Assembly (NCBI GenBank): GCA_030390025.1
Contig: CM059437.1
Span: forward strand, 54,746,001-54,810,000
Direction of reading: 5' to 3'
DNA from: Squalus acanthias
Lineage: Eukaryota
DNA length: 64,000 bases
Below are positions 37,683-49,422 of this stretch, one piece after another. Every line of letters starts with the position of its first letter. The first letter of the stretch is position 1. Position numbers and translations under genes: made by a program. The notes under the pieces were generated by a model. It saw nothing but the letters and a program-made list of their open reading frames with translations, did not search any database and was not told the origin of the DNA.

Positions 37683-38684
37683 TCAAAATTGATTCAGTGT
37701 AAGTGAAGCGAGTCAAAGTATTGTAGAAACACGATTCCGTTATTCTGTCTGATTCATCACACTGACTATTAGATCGATGGCACTTCAGAATATCGAACGG
37801 ACTCGAACGACTACTCACAAAAGAAATATTTCTCCTGTGATAATTATTAAAATATGCACCCGTGAAAACCAACTCCCGACACAGATTTGGAACAAAATGC
37901 CAAAATAAATCTTTATTTGTGCAGATCCCACACGGGATGTCCAATTAAACAACTGGCATGAGTATCGAACAGCGGAACCGTTCCCATGTAAAAGGGTGAG
38001 GAAGTGAAATATTGAACACTGTCACATAATTACGAAATATACCGTGAACTGTTCGTGGAGTTCATTGATTAAATCATTTACTGTTTAGATAATGGAAGAG
38101 TCACTCCCATTTGGAGATATTCACGTTTTGTTTCCTACATCACAGAAAGGGCAGCAGCATAAAGTGCATAATGAAATGCCCATCTCTGGTTTACCGCCCT
38201 AAATAGCAATGTCTTCTTTCATTATCATTCTTTGTGCCCAAAGTAAACGGAGCCTGTTGGTTTGCTAAATTCAATCGTCTTCTGCGCAATGAAGCAATTA
38301 ATCTGCAATACGCCTCGACAGTAGATTTTTCCAGTTCGCGCGGGTAGTACAATCAACTTTCTGGGCGTTTCAAAGTCTCTGTAATAAACGGTAATATTGA
38401 TGCCATTCTCTTAAAAAAGCCACTCAGTTTTTAAAAAAGAATAAAATTCGGCAGTTTTTAACAGGTATTTTGGGAGAACTAATTTACGGAACATTGTCAT
38501 CTAGTTCTGGGGAATGAAGTGGGACAAGTGGAGCAAGTTTCAGTGGGAGAGCATTTGGGGACCAGTGATATTAATATTATCAGGTTTTGAATAGTTATGG
38601 GAAAGGACAAGGAACAATCCAGCGTGAAAATATTTAACTGCAGGAGGGCTAACTTCAAAGAGTTCTAAAGGGACCTGGCCCAGT

Positions 38685-39970
38685 TGCAAACTTACTCACC
38701 AATAACTTGCTCACCGATGCTCAGTTTGGATTCCACCAGGACCACTTAGCTCAAGGTCTCCTTAAAACCTTAGTCCAAACATGGACGAAAGAGCTGAATT
38801 CCAGAGGTCAGGTGAGAGTGCCCTTGACATCAAGGCAGCATTTGACCGAGTGTGGCATCAAGGAGCCCGAGTAAAATTGAAGTCAATGGGATTCAGGGGG
38901 AAAACTCTCCACTGGCTGGATTCATACTTAACACAAAGGAAGATGGTTGTGGTTTTTGGAGGTCAATCATCTCAGCCCCAGGACATCGCTGCAGGGGTTC
39001 TGCAGGGGAGTGTCCTAGGCCCAACCATCTTCAGCTGCTTCTTCAATGACTTTCCCTCCATCATAAGGTCAGAAATGGGGATATTCGCTGATGATTGCAT
39101 AGTGTTCGGTTCCATTCGCAACTCCTCAGATAATGAAGCAGTCCATGCCCGCATGCAGAAAGAACTGGACGACATTCAGGCTGGGACTGATAAGTGGCAA
39201 GTAACATTCGTGCAACACAAGTGCCTGGCAATGACTATCTCCAACCAGCGAGAGTCTAACCACCGCCCTTTGACATTCAACTGCATAACCATCTCTGAAT
39301 CCTCCACCATCAATATCCTGGTGGTCACCATTAACCCGAAACTTAACTGGACCAGACACATAAATACAGTGGCTGCAAGAGCAGGTCAGAGGCTGGGTAT
39401 TCTGTGGTGAGTGTCTCACCTCCTGACTCCTCAAAGCCTTTCCACCATCTACAAGGCACAAATCAGGAGCATGATGGAATATTCTCCACTTGCCTGGATG
39501 AATGCAACTCCAACAACAGTCAAGAAGCTCGACACCATCCAGGACAAAGCAGCCCGCTTGATTGGCACCCCATCCACCACCTTAAACATTCACTCCCTCC
39601 ACCACCAGCACACCGTGGTTGCAGTGTGTACCATCTACAAGATGCACTGCAGCAACTTGCCAAGGCTTCTTCGACAGCACCTACCAAACCCGTGACCTCT
39701 ACCACCTAGAAGGACAAGGGCAGCAGGCACATGGGAACACCATCAACTCCAAGTTCCCCTCCAAATCACACACTTGGAAATATACAGCATTCCTTCATCG
39801 TCACTGGTCAAAATCCTGGAACTCTCTCCCTTACAGCACAATGGGAGTACCTTCACTGTGCAGACTGCAGCGGTTCAAGAAGGGGGTTCACCACCACCTT
39901 CTCAAGAGCAATTAGGGATGGGCAATCAATGCTGGCTCACATCCCAGGAACGAATAAATTAAAATTAAAT
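38685..39970 (+). mobile_element. Non-CR1 LINE 3' half (Jockey/CR1-superclade-like RT) nested in CR1
   Basis: ALDIKAAFDRVWH, QGSVLGPTIF, FADD, IYKAQIRSMMEYS; A-rich tail. Clade assignment uncertain. Confidence 0.75.
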
Positions 39971-40117
39971 TAATCAACAATTGTTAGGCAAAACAGTCAT
40001 TGAACAATGGGAGGTCTTCAAAGAGGCGATGGTTCGGCTACAGTGTAGACACACTCCCAAGAAGGGGAAAGGAAAGGCATCCAAAACTAGAGCTTCGTGG
40101 ATGACTAAAGATATAGA

Positions 40118-40399
40118 TAAAGGGCATTAAGGGTTACGGGGAGCGGGCAGGAATTTGGACATGAGTCTAGGTTCGGATCGGTCATGGCCCTGTGGGTAGT
40201 GGAGCGGGCCCAGGGACTGTGTAGCCTGATTCTGCTCCTATTTCGTGTGTGCAATTCTGTTAGATGCAGGAGATGGTTCTGTGATAGATAGTAGATTGGC
40301 GGTTAGGATCAGATCAGCCATGATCTTATTGAATGGCGGAGCAGGCTCGAGGGGCCGATTGGCCTACTCCTGCTCCTATTTCTTATGTTCTTATGTTCT
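40118..40399 (+). mobile_element. Young CR1 3'-end insertion (mostly 3' UTR)
   Basis: Nearly identical to the reverse complement of ~62910-63185; TSD TATAGA at 40112-40117 and 40400-40405. Confidence 0.85.
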
Positions 40400-40634
40400 T
40401 ATAGAGATTAAAATGAGACAGAACAAGTAGGCTTATGATAAATGTAAGATTCATAATACAGTAGAGAACCAAGCTGAATACAGAAAGTACAGAGGAGATC
40501 TAAAAAAAGGGAATAAGAGGAGCAATGAGAGATCATGAGACTAGATTAGAGGCTAACATAAATGGGAACTCAAAAGTCTTTTGTAAACACATAAATCGTA
40601 AAAGGGTAGTCAAAGAAAGGGTGAGGCAGTTTAG

Positions 40635-41056
40635 ATGCCCGATACGAGCCTCCCAAAACAAGCGCTCTACTCGGAGCTCCGGCACGGCAAGAGAGCCCCA
40701 GGTGGGCAGAGGAAACGCTTCAAGGACACCCTCAAAGCCTCCTTGAAAAAGTGTAACATCCCCACCGACACCTGGGAATCCCTGGCCCAAGACCGCACAA
40801 AGTGGAGGAGAAGCATCCGGGGAGGCGCCAAACACCTCGAGTCTCTTCGCTGGGAGCAAGCGGAAGCCAAGCGCAGGCAGCGCAAGGAGCGCACGTCAAC
40901 CCAAGCACCCCACCCACCCACTCCTTCAACCACCGTCTGCCCCTCCTGTGACAGAGACTGAAGGTCCCACATTGGACTTATCAGTCACCTGCGAACTCAT
41001 TTTTAATGTGTAAGCAAGTCATCCTCGGTTCCGAGGGACTGCCTAAGAAGAAGAAG
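40635..41056 (+). mobile_element. RTE-clade LINE 3' end
   Basis: MPD..LPKQALYSEL..GKR..GGQRKRFKDTLK motif, (AAG)n tail, 12-bp TSD GAGGCAGTTTAG at 40623-40634 and 41057-41068. Confidence 0.88.
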
Positions 41057-43366
41057 GAGGCAGTTTAGGTACCAAAAAGGAAATATTCTTGTCAAGGCAG
41101 AGAGCATGGCTCAGGTATTAAATGAATACTTTGCATCAGTCTTCACTAGAGAAGAGGATTCTGTCAAAGTAGCAGTAAAGGGGGAGGCAGTAGGAATGTT
41201 GGATAGGATAAAAAGAGATAAAGAGACGGTACTTAAAAGGTTGGCAGTCCTCATTAGAAAACTCACCCGGTCGGATGAGAATCATCCTAGGTTACTGATG
41301 GAAGGAAGGGTGGAAATTGTGGAAGCTCTCGCCACAAACTTCCAATCCTACTTGGATATAGGGATGGTGCCAGAGGACTGGAGGATTGTAAATGTTACAC
41401 CCTCGTTTAAAAAAGGGGAGAGGGATAAACCTGGCAACTACAGGCCAGTCAGCCTAACATCGATGGTGGGGAAACTTTTAGAGACAACAATCCACGACAA
41501 AATGAATTGGCATTTGAAAAAGTATGAGCTAAAAATGAAAGTCAGCACGATTTTGTTAAAGGCAAATCGTGTTTGATTAACTTGATTGAATTCTTTGATG
41601 AAGTAAAGAAAGGGGTTGATGAGGGTAGTGTGGTTGATGTTGTGTAAATGGTCTTTCAAAAGGCAAGTGATAAAGAACCACACAATAGACGTGTTAGCAA
41701 AATTAAAGCCCATAGGATGAAATGGACAGTGGCAGCATGGATACAAAATTGGCTAAAGGACAGAAAGCAGAGAGTAGTGTGAACGGATGTTTTTCAAACT
41801 GGATGGAGGTATACTGTGGTGTTTCCCGGGGTCGGTATTAGGACTACTGCCCTTTTTGATATATTAATGACCTGAACTTGGGTATACAGGGCATCATTTG
41901 AAAGTTTGCAGATGACACAAAACTCTGAATTGTAGTAAACAATGAGGAGGATAGTAATAGACTTTAGAAAGACATATACAGACTAGTGAAATGGGCAGAC
42001 ACATGGCAGATTAAATTTAACGCAGAGAAGAGTGCAGTGATATATTTTAGTCCGAAGAATGAGAGGCAATATCAACTAAATGATACAATTGTAAAAGGTA
42101 TGCAGGAATAGAGACACGTGGAGGTGAGTGTACACAAATCTTTGAAAGGACAGGACAAGTTGAAAAGGCTGTTACAAAAAGCATATGGGATCCTTGGCTA
42201 CATTGATAGAGGAATAGAGTACAAAAGCAAAGAAGTTATGCTTAACCTTTATAAAACATTGGTTAGGCCTCAGCTGGAGTATTGTGTTCAATTCTGGACA
42301 CCACACTTTAGGAACAGTGTCAAGGCCTTGGAGAGGGTGCAGAAGAGATTTACTAGAATGGTACCAGGGATAAGGGACTTCAGTTATGTGGAGAGACTGG
42401 AGAAGCTGGGGTTGTTCTCCTTAGAGCAGAGAAGGTTAAGATGAGATTTGATAGAGGTGTTCAAAACCATGAACGGCTTTGATAGAGTAAATAAGGCGAG
42501 ACTGCTTCCAGTGGCAGAAGGGTAGGTAACCAAAGGACACAGATTTAAGGTGATTGGCAAAAGAACCAGAGGCAACATGAAGAAACATTTTTTTACACGG
42601 CGGGTTGTTGTGATCCGGAATGCATTCCCTGAAAGGGTGGTGGAAACAGATTCAATAGTAACATTCAAAAGGGAAGTGGATAAGAACTTGTAGGAGATCT
42701 TTTTACGGGGCTATGGGGAAAGAGCAGAGGAGTGGGACTAATTGGATAACTCTATCAAAGAACTGGCACAGGCACGATGAGTCAAATAGCCTCCTTCTGT
42801 GCTGTATCATTCTATGATTCTATGGTTCTAAGTCTTCTTTATTGACCTTGTGGGATTTTAAAAATGAGTTCTTCATGGGCGATGAATGTTAAATCGTTAA
42901 GGCTTGTGTACATAGAAGGTTAAGGAGATATGTGGATATGCCACACTCTCACTCCTCGCGATCGCCAGTTGTCTCTCGATGCAGGGTCTGAATCACTGTA
43001 GCTTGATCTCTCTAGATTGAACAATAAAAATCATGTGTCTCTCATTTCTTCAAAGACACATTGGGTCAAATTGCACCGTGTCCTACTGCTATATCTACCT
43101 TTCAAGTTTGCATACAATTCATTTGGTCGTCACTTTAACAGGTTTTTAATAGTGTAATGTCTCTGTTACATAGCAGCCAATGGAATTTCATATGAACCCA
43201 TTCAGTGTCCCCATGCTAAGATGGGCAACACAATTTCATCTCTATTGTTCCTGCATGTCGTGAATGAGTCTAATATTAAACAAAATAATATTGGCAAAAA
43301 TTGACTTTCTGCAAACGTTAATCAGACCAATTCCAAGGATCCAATAAACGGCCGCGATGTGTAGAA

Positions 43367-43374
43367 ATTTGCAT
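43367..43374 (+). promoter_or_regulatory. Ig octamer ATTTGCAT of gene B promoter
   Basis: Perfect octamer ~127 bp upstream of the leader ATG, same spacing as in gene A. Confidence 0.85.
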
Positions 43375-43500
43375 AAATATTAAATGCGACGCGATAGCTC
43401 CTTGTGTAAATGCTTTTAAGGAGAGGTTTAGAAGGTGCCGCATCATTAGGTTCGTGCAGGGAAACATTTTGTTCTGACATTGATTTAAAAAATCTACACA

Positions 43501-43549
43501 ATGAGTGAGTGGCTTCGTGTTCTCGCCGCCCTGATGTTCTGTTTGCAAT
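43501..43549 (+). CDS. Ig light chain gene B, leader exon (MSEWLRVLAALMFCLQ)
   Basis: 49-nt exon with GTAAGT donor, homologous to the gene A leader; spliced gene is 723 nt, 240 aa. Confidence 0.9.
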
Positions 43550-43813
43550 GTAAGTAGAGTGCTGTAAAGGTCTTCAATATTCCTGCTCTTTGTATTACGC
43601 TGATCGGGTGCCGTACTTGAGCTTCACCGGTCTGAATTGCAATTATTTTCCGCGCGGCCGTTTATTGGGTCCTTGGAATTGGTCTGATTGACGTTTGCAT
43701 AAAGCGAATTTTTGCCATTTTTTTTTCAATATTAGACTAATTCACGACAGGCAGAAACAGTTGAGGTGAAATTGTGTTGAGGGTCACTTATTAATAACTT
43801 GATATTTCTCCAG

Positions 43814-44164
43814 GTACCAACGCGGGTACTGTACTGACTCAGCCACCGTCTATCTCAACTTCACCGGGAAAAACCGTCAAAATCGCTTGCACCCTGTCCG
43901 GAGGCAGCATGAACAGCTACCACACGGGCTGGTACCGGCAGAAACCCGGCAGTGCCCCTGCCCTTGTTTGGAATGACTATGGTTCAAGCAGAGGTTCGGG
44001 GATTCCTGGTCGATTCACTGGATCCAGGGACACGTCGAGCAACGTCATGCATTTAACCATCAGCAAATTACAATCCGGAGATGCCGCTGATTATTACTGT
44101 GGTGCCTGGGATTACACTGCTGGTGGATTCACTTTCGGGAAAGGAACTGAACTGAATCTGGGCA
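43814..44164 (+). CDS. IGLV: Ig light chain gene B, germline-joined VJ exon (lambda-like/type II)
   Basis: [25 protein letters not shown]...WYRQKPG...DAADYYC-GAWDYTAGGFT-FGKGTELNLG; in frame, no RSS; canonical splice sites. Confidence 0.95.
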
Positions 44165-44557
44165 GTAAGTAATTTTTTCGCTATGTACATCTGAGATTCT
44201 TGAAATGCGAGTTTTCAATTTTTGGCTCAATCCGGTTGTAGTGAAAATGCTTTCGAACATACATTTATAGTTCTCCAATTCCCTCTTGGTGTTTAGAGGG
44301 AGATTTACTGTTTGTCAGGTGCGAGAATGTCACACAACAATTACAATGTTATAGATGAAGTGCTAAATTCTTCCGAATATTTTTTTTAATGGGGGTGGAT
44401 GCAGTTTCGTATTACTTGTACATTTGAGACATATTTGTAAAACTTTGGACAATCTGCATGAGACCGCATTGAAGAATATCCGGACCCTTGTGACTGACTT
44501 ACATTGACCTCCTGCTGTAATTAATGACTCGTGTGGAGCTAAAAAATATATATACAT

Positions 44558-45020
44558 ATAGAATCATACAATCGTGCAGCACAGAAGGAGGCCATTCGGC
44601 CCAACGAGCCTGTGCCGGCTCTTTCAAAGAGCTGTCTAATGAGTCCAACTCCCCTGCCCTTTCCCCATCGCCCTGTATTTTGTCCTCTTAAGATATTTAT
44701 CCAATTCCTGGATGGAGGCGGTCATTTCCTGTCTTGTATAGTTCTATGTTATTAAGGAAACTGGGAACTATTGGGTGCAGAGAGATCAGTTTTAAGTAGG
44801 CCAAATGATGCGTCATGGGTAACTGTGCTCTCCCGGGGCTTGATTTGATCGACTTCAAGAGTCCCGGAGGAATTTCCCAGAGCTTTCCCGGAATTGACCA
44901 CATGTTTTTTGCTGTTTTGGCTCCCCAGAAAATAACAGTAAGGGAGGTTGGTGCATGAGTGGATATCTTCAGCAATCTGGCGCTCCTTTCTATTATTTTC
45001 GTATGTTCGTATGTTTGTAG
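44558..45020. mobile_element. LINE 3'-end fragments (CR1 minus ~44558-44707; CR1-like plus ~44750-45016)
   Basis: CR1 3' UTR motifs; TTCGTATG-repeat tail at ~44998-45015. Confidence 0.55.
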
Positions 45021-45389
45021 CATTGTAATACAAATCGGTGATTGATCCCCCGCCGATACGATTCATTTTGTATGAATACTACCACGGAATTAGGATTCTG
45101 ATCATTTTTGTTCCTGTTTTTTAAATTTATTTTATTCTGTCAGTAAAAAAGTGCAACCCTACAAATATTTTGATTTGATTAATAAGCTACATGCTGTAGA
45201 AAAGTTGCTTCATTTTATTATACATAATTCCGTTAAAGTTACATCTGGTGCAAACTTCAAAAAACATTTTAACAAGTAGGAGATTACGCTTTAGAAGTAT
45301 TTACATATCTGGTGAGTAGTTTGTCTCAGTTGGTAACTTTCTCACGTCTCGATCAGAGCGTTTTGAATTTAAGCCCCTTTTCCAGGAGT

Positions 45390-45700
45390 TACATCGGAAT
45401 ATTGGAACAGGAGTCGGCTATCGAACCCCTCGAGCTTGTTCACCACTCTATTGGATCATGGCGGATCTGTGCCCCAACTCCATTTACCCGCCTTTGTTCC
45501 CTATCCCTTGATACCCGTAGTATACAAAAATATATCTGAGTCTTGAAAATTTCAACTGACCCAGCATCCACAGCCTTTTTGGGGAGAGAGTTCCAGAGTT
45601 CCATCATACTTTGTGAAAAAGTGCTGCCTCATTTCACTCCTTAATAGCCTAGCTCTAAATTTAAGATTTTGCCCCCTTGTTCTGGATTCCCCCACCAAAG
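45390..45700 (-). mobile_element. CR1 3' fragment
   Basis: LVGESRTRG...LRSEMRQHFFT and CR1 3' UTR. Confidence 0.7.
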
Positions 45701-45842
45701 GTAAAGTGGTATGGGGGGAGTGCAGCATGGTCGGCAGTGCTTTCCTTTGGATATACAAGACAGGAAATGACCGTCTCCATTCAGAAATTGGATAAATATC
45801 TTAAGAGGACAAAATACAGGGCTATGGGGAAAGGGCAGGGGA

Positions 45843-45918
45843 GCGTTTCCTCTGCCCACCTGGGGCTGTCTTGCCGTGCCGGAGCTCCGAGTAGAGCGCT
45901 TGTTTTGGGAGTCTCGTA
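45843..45918 (-). mobile_element. Short RTE fragment
   Basis: TRLPKQALYSELRHGKTAPGGQRKR, matching 40643-40720. Confidence 0.75.
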
Positions 45919-46552
45919 AATAGGGGTCCCAGCTTTCTGTTCAAGTAGGCGTTAACGATCCTCTTGCATTGTTCGAAGAAGAGCAGAAAATCACAGACAT
46001 TACCCAAAACCCCGACTCAACCATTGCCTCCAAAGAAACGGAATGATGTCTATAGCTTTATGTTTTGTTTAAGATTACCATCACTGCGCTTCAAAGTAAT
46101 ATATGTGAGATCTGATTTGGTGATATGCAAATACTACTCGTTATTTTTTTATAGTAATATAAAAGAATAGAGGCAGCTGATCTTTCTGCAGCAGACCATT
46201 CATAGTGTGACTAGGCTGCCAAAAACCGAATATGATGAAGCCAAGGCAGGTGCATGGAGTTAAGCTACAGTTCAGCCATGATCTCATTGAATGGCGGAAC
46301 AAGCTTGAGGGGCTGAATGGCCTACTCCTGTTCCTATGTGTCTATTCAACACAGTTCCCCACAGAAAAGTGTGAGGTGATACATTTAAGTAGTAAGAATG
46401 AGGAGAGACAATACAAGCTAAATGGTACAATTTTAAAGGGGGTGCAAGAACAAAGAGACCTGGGGGTGTTTGTGCACAAATCTTTAAAGGTGACAAGAAG
46501 ATTAACAAAGCAGTTCAGTAGACATATGGGATCCCGGGCTTTATAAATAGAG

Positions 46553-46760
46553 AGAAGTCGCACAACACCAGGTTATAGTCCAACAGCTTTATTTGAAATC
46601 ACAAGCTTTCGGAGCACTGCTCCTTCGTCAGGACTTCACCTGACGAAGGAGCAGCGCTCCGAAAGCTTGTGATTTCAAATAAAGCTGTTGGACTATAACC
46701 TGGTGTTGTGCGACTTCTCACTTTTGTCCACCCCAGTCCAACACCGGCATCTCCGCATCA
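46553..46760 (+). mobile_element. Penelope-derived non-autonomous insertion with 81-bp inverted repeat
   Basis: Arms 46552-46632 and 46639-46719 (1 mismatch, 6-bp spacer); 13-bp TSD TTTATAAATAGAG at 46540-46552 and 46761-46773. Confidence 0.8.
46636..46672 (+). ncRNA. Minimal type I hammerhead ribozyme motif
   Basis: UCAC-CUGACGA-A-GGAGC(AGC)GCUCC-GAAA-GCUU-GUGA. Confidence 0.65.
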
Positions 46761-47630
46761 TTTATAAATAGAGGCAGGGAGTACGAAAGCCAAGAAGTTA
46801 TACTAAACCTATATAAAACATTAGTTCGGCCCCGGCTGCAGTATTGTGTCCAATTCTGGGAACCACACTTGAGGAAGGACGTGAAGGCTTCGGAGAGGGT
46901 ACAGAAAAGATTTACTAGAATGGTTCTAGGGATGAAGGATTACAGTTACTTGTCTAGACTGGAGAAGCTGGGGTTGTTCTCCTTAGAGTAGAGAAGGCTA
47001 AGAGAAGATTTGATAGAGGTATTTAAAATCATGAAGGATTTAGATAGAGTAAATAAAGATAAACTTTTTGAATGGCTGAGGGATCGATAACCAGAGAGCA
47101 CATATATAAAGTGATTGGCAAAAGAACCAGAGGCGACATGAGGGAAACTTTTTAACACAACGAGCAGTTAGGATTTGGAATGCACTGCCTGATAGGGTGG
47201 TGGATACAGATTCAATAGTAGCCTTCAAAAAGGAACTGGATAAACACTTGAAGGAGAAAGAAATTGCATGATTATGGGAAAAGAGCGGGGGAGTGGGACT
47301 AACTGGATTGGTCTTCAAAAGAGCTGGCGCAGACTCAGTGGTTTGAACGACCTCTTTCTGTGCTCTATTATTCTATTATTCTATGATTCTATTGTGTAGC
47401 ATTTACATCAAACAGCGTCTCGCGCGAGACTCTGCCAGGGTGCAATGGTAGACCCAGCATTCAAATTATACCATACTGAAAAGATTAAACAGTCTGGGAC
47501 TTTGAAAGATTGAACAGACTGGTGCTCTTTACTCTAGAAAAAAAGGTTGAGGGGTGATCTAATAAAGGTCATTAAAATTATGAATGGGTTTGATAGGGTA
47601 GAGGTAGATAAGATGTTTCCACTTGTGGGA

Positions 47631-49422
47631 TGTAGAGTTTCTGGGTCTTTGCCAATTAACCCTTTCACTCCTAAGTTTCACTCTCAAGATTCGACTTGAA
47701 CCGTGTTGGTGACAGTAATTATATTTTATTCAGTGTAAGTGAGACTTGATACATTACAGCATCTGAGCAGTAGTAAAGCAAGGCGCAATCAAGATTTATA
47801 TTACTCATTATGCCCTGGGTAGAAGCTATGATCTCCACGAGTCCGCCCCCGTTGGCCCTGGCCTTGAAGCTCACTCATCCACCCGGTGTGACGCATGTGG
47901 GTCCTCCGCTAATCTGAATCCCTCCACGGCTCGTCTGGCCGACTGCCTCCTTATATTCTTACTCTCATTCAAAATCTATGGAGTCCTCCTGAAACCAATC
48001 ACTGGCCTACACCCGAAACCTAAAATCCAATCATAAAGATGCTGGGCCGTATTTTCCGATCAGAGGCTTCCCACGTGTGGAGGCCTCCTATCTGGAAAAA
48101 ATCTACCACTTCCCTGAGGGCTCCCGAGGTGGGTATAGTTCCGATCCTGGGCCTCTCCAACTCCAAGTGCGCAGGGCTCATGTATCCCAGAGGCCATGGG
48201 ATCACGTGGGCCATGGGGAGCCAATTAAAGAAGGGAATCTCCCTTCATACACTTGAAAGATAGACCTGTCAAATATATGAATGGAGATCACCCCAAAAAC
48301 ACTTTAAAACATTAAATAAATTTAAAACAAACATCACATTTTTAAAATTAGTTGAAATTACAATAAATTAAATATTTTAAACAAAAATTTAATTTTTTGA
48401 AAAAAATAATTAAAGTTTTTTACGGGGCTAAAAATAAACTTACCTTTTTTAAAGTACTTTTAAATGATAAATGAGTGAAAAAATATATATTTTTTTACTT
48501 TTTTCAAATCTTATGCTGGTAAAAGCAGGCCTTACGCCTGCTTTTACCAGGCGTAAGATTTCTAAGGGTTTTCTGTGGGTTGAGGTGCTCCAGAAAGCGG
48601 AACTGTCCGTCCACAGAGGCCCTTCTCCAGGGCAGGCATCCGATCTGTCAAGAGCATTCTTGACACATCGGAAATGCCGGTTTTCAGTGTATGCACTGTG
48701 CATGCCTGAAACCGGCATTTCCAATGTCCCTACGGGTGTGTACACAGTTCGTACACACCCGTAGGGATCGGAATATCCGGCCCGCTATGTCTGCAGTACC
48801 ATGGCTTGCACAGGTTCTAGTCTTATGACACCCTGACATCATCTATTCTTGACCATCAAGACTCATATCTAGGGTAGTTATGACAGCACAAATGGAACAT
48901 GTCTCCATAGTGTGCTTGTTGTTTGCTGTGAAAGGCCTATGTTTTTAATTCACTGCAGATATCATAACATTCCAACACAGTGGCAGTTACACCTGACCTT
49001 GCTCTCCAGGCTAACTGCCCTCTATTCGACCATGGTGATTCTCTTTCTCACCCCAGGCTGTCTGGTTACAGCTTACTCACAGACTTTTAATTATAAGCAA
49101 AAGGGTAACATAATTCAGGTTATCATTGCATACAATTGATGATTACATTCTTCTAGTTCTGTTCCCACAGACAAGCTGTCTGTTTTGTTCTGCTAGGAAT
49201 GCATCTTTCATTTGGCCAAGCAAGGCCCAGCACCTTGGTTTCTTCCATTTTTATCTAATCGGGTCTACCCAGGGCATATCACAACAGGGTTTACAAGTAT
49301 GATTGTAAGTGTAGCAACAACAGAATGAAATCTTTAAACTACAATTAATAATAGTGTCAATTGATTTAGTTCAGGTTAGTTTGTAAGAGAATATAAAAAT
49401 GGAGAATTCCCAGGATTCCACA
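47631..49422 (-). mobile_element. Solo LTR (~1.05 kb excluding nested MITE) inserted in a CR1 fragment
   Basis: TGTAGAGTTTCTGGG...CCCAGGATTCCACA ends; flanks GGGA/GGGG; minus-strand TATA-like (~47951) and AATAAA (~47725); host CR1 (47510-47630, 49423-49735) is continuous across it. Confidence 0.68.
48044..48783. mobile_element. Harbinger-type MITE nested in the LTR
   Basis: 18-bp TIR GGGCCG(T/G)AT(T/A)TTCCGATC, 3-bp TSD GCT; internal hairpins at ~48516-48550 and ~48727-48767. Confidence 0.85.

Larger units (their letters stand above)
38485..42830 (+). mobile_element. Degenerate CR1 LINE hosting three nested insertions
   Basis: Endonuclease C-terminal, RT and C-terminal fragments in order; ATTCTATG tail. 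Confidence 0.85.
46360..47392 (+). mobile_element. CR1 3' portion with nested Penelope-derived palindrome
   Basis: EKCEVIH, QRDLGV, YCVQFW motifs; ATTCTAT tail. Confidence 0.8.

Noticed and set aside
37096-37944. V/G/C-rich and H/T/P-rich ORFs
   Set aside because: Translation artefacts of the GT-rich low-complexity tract.
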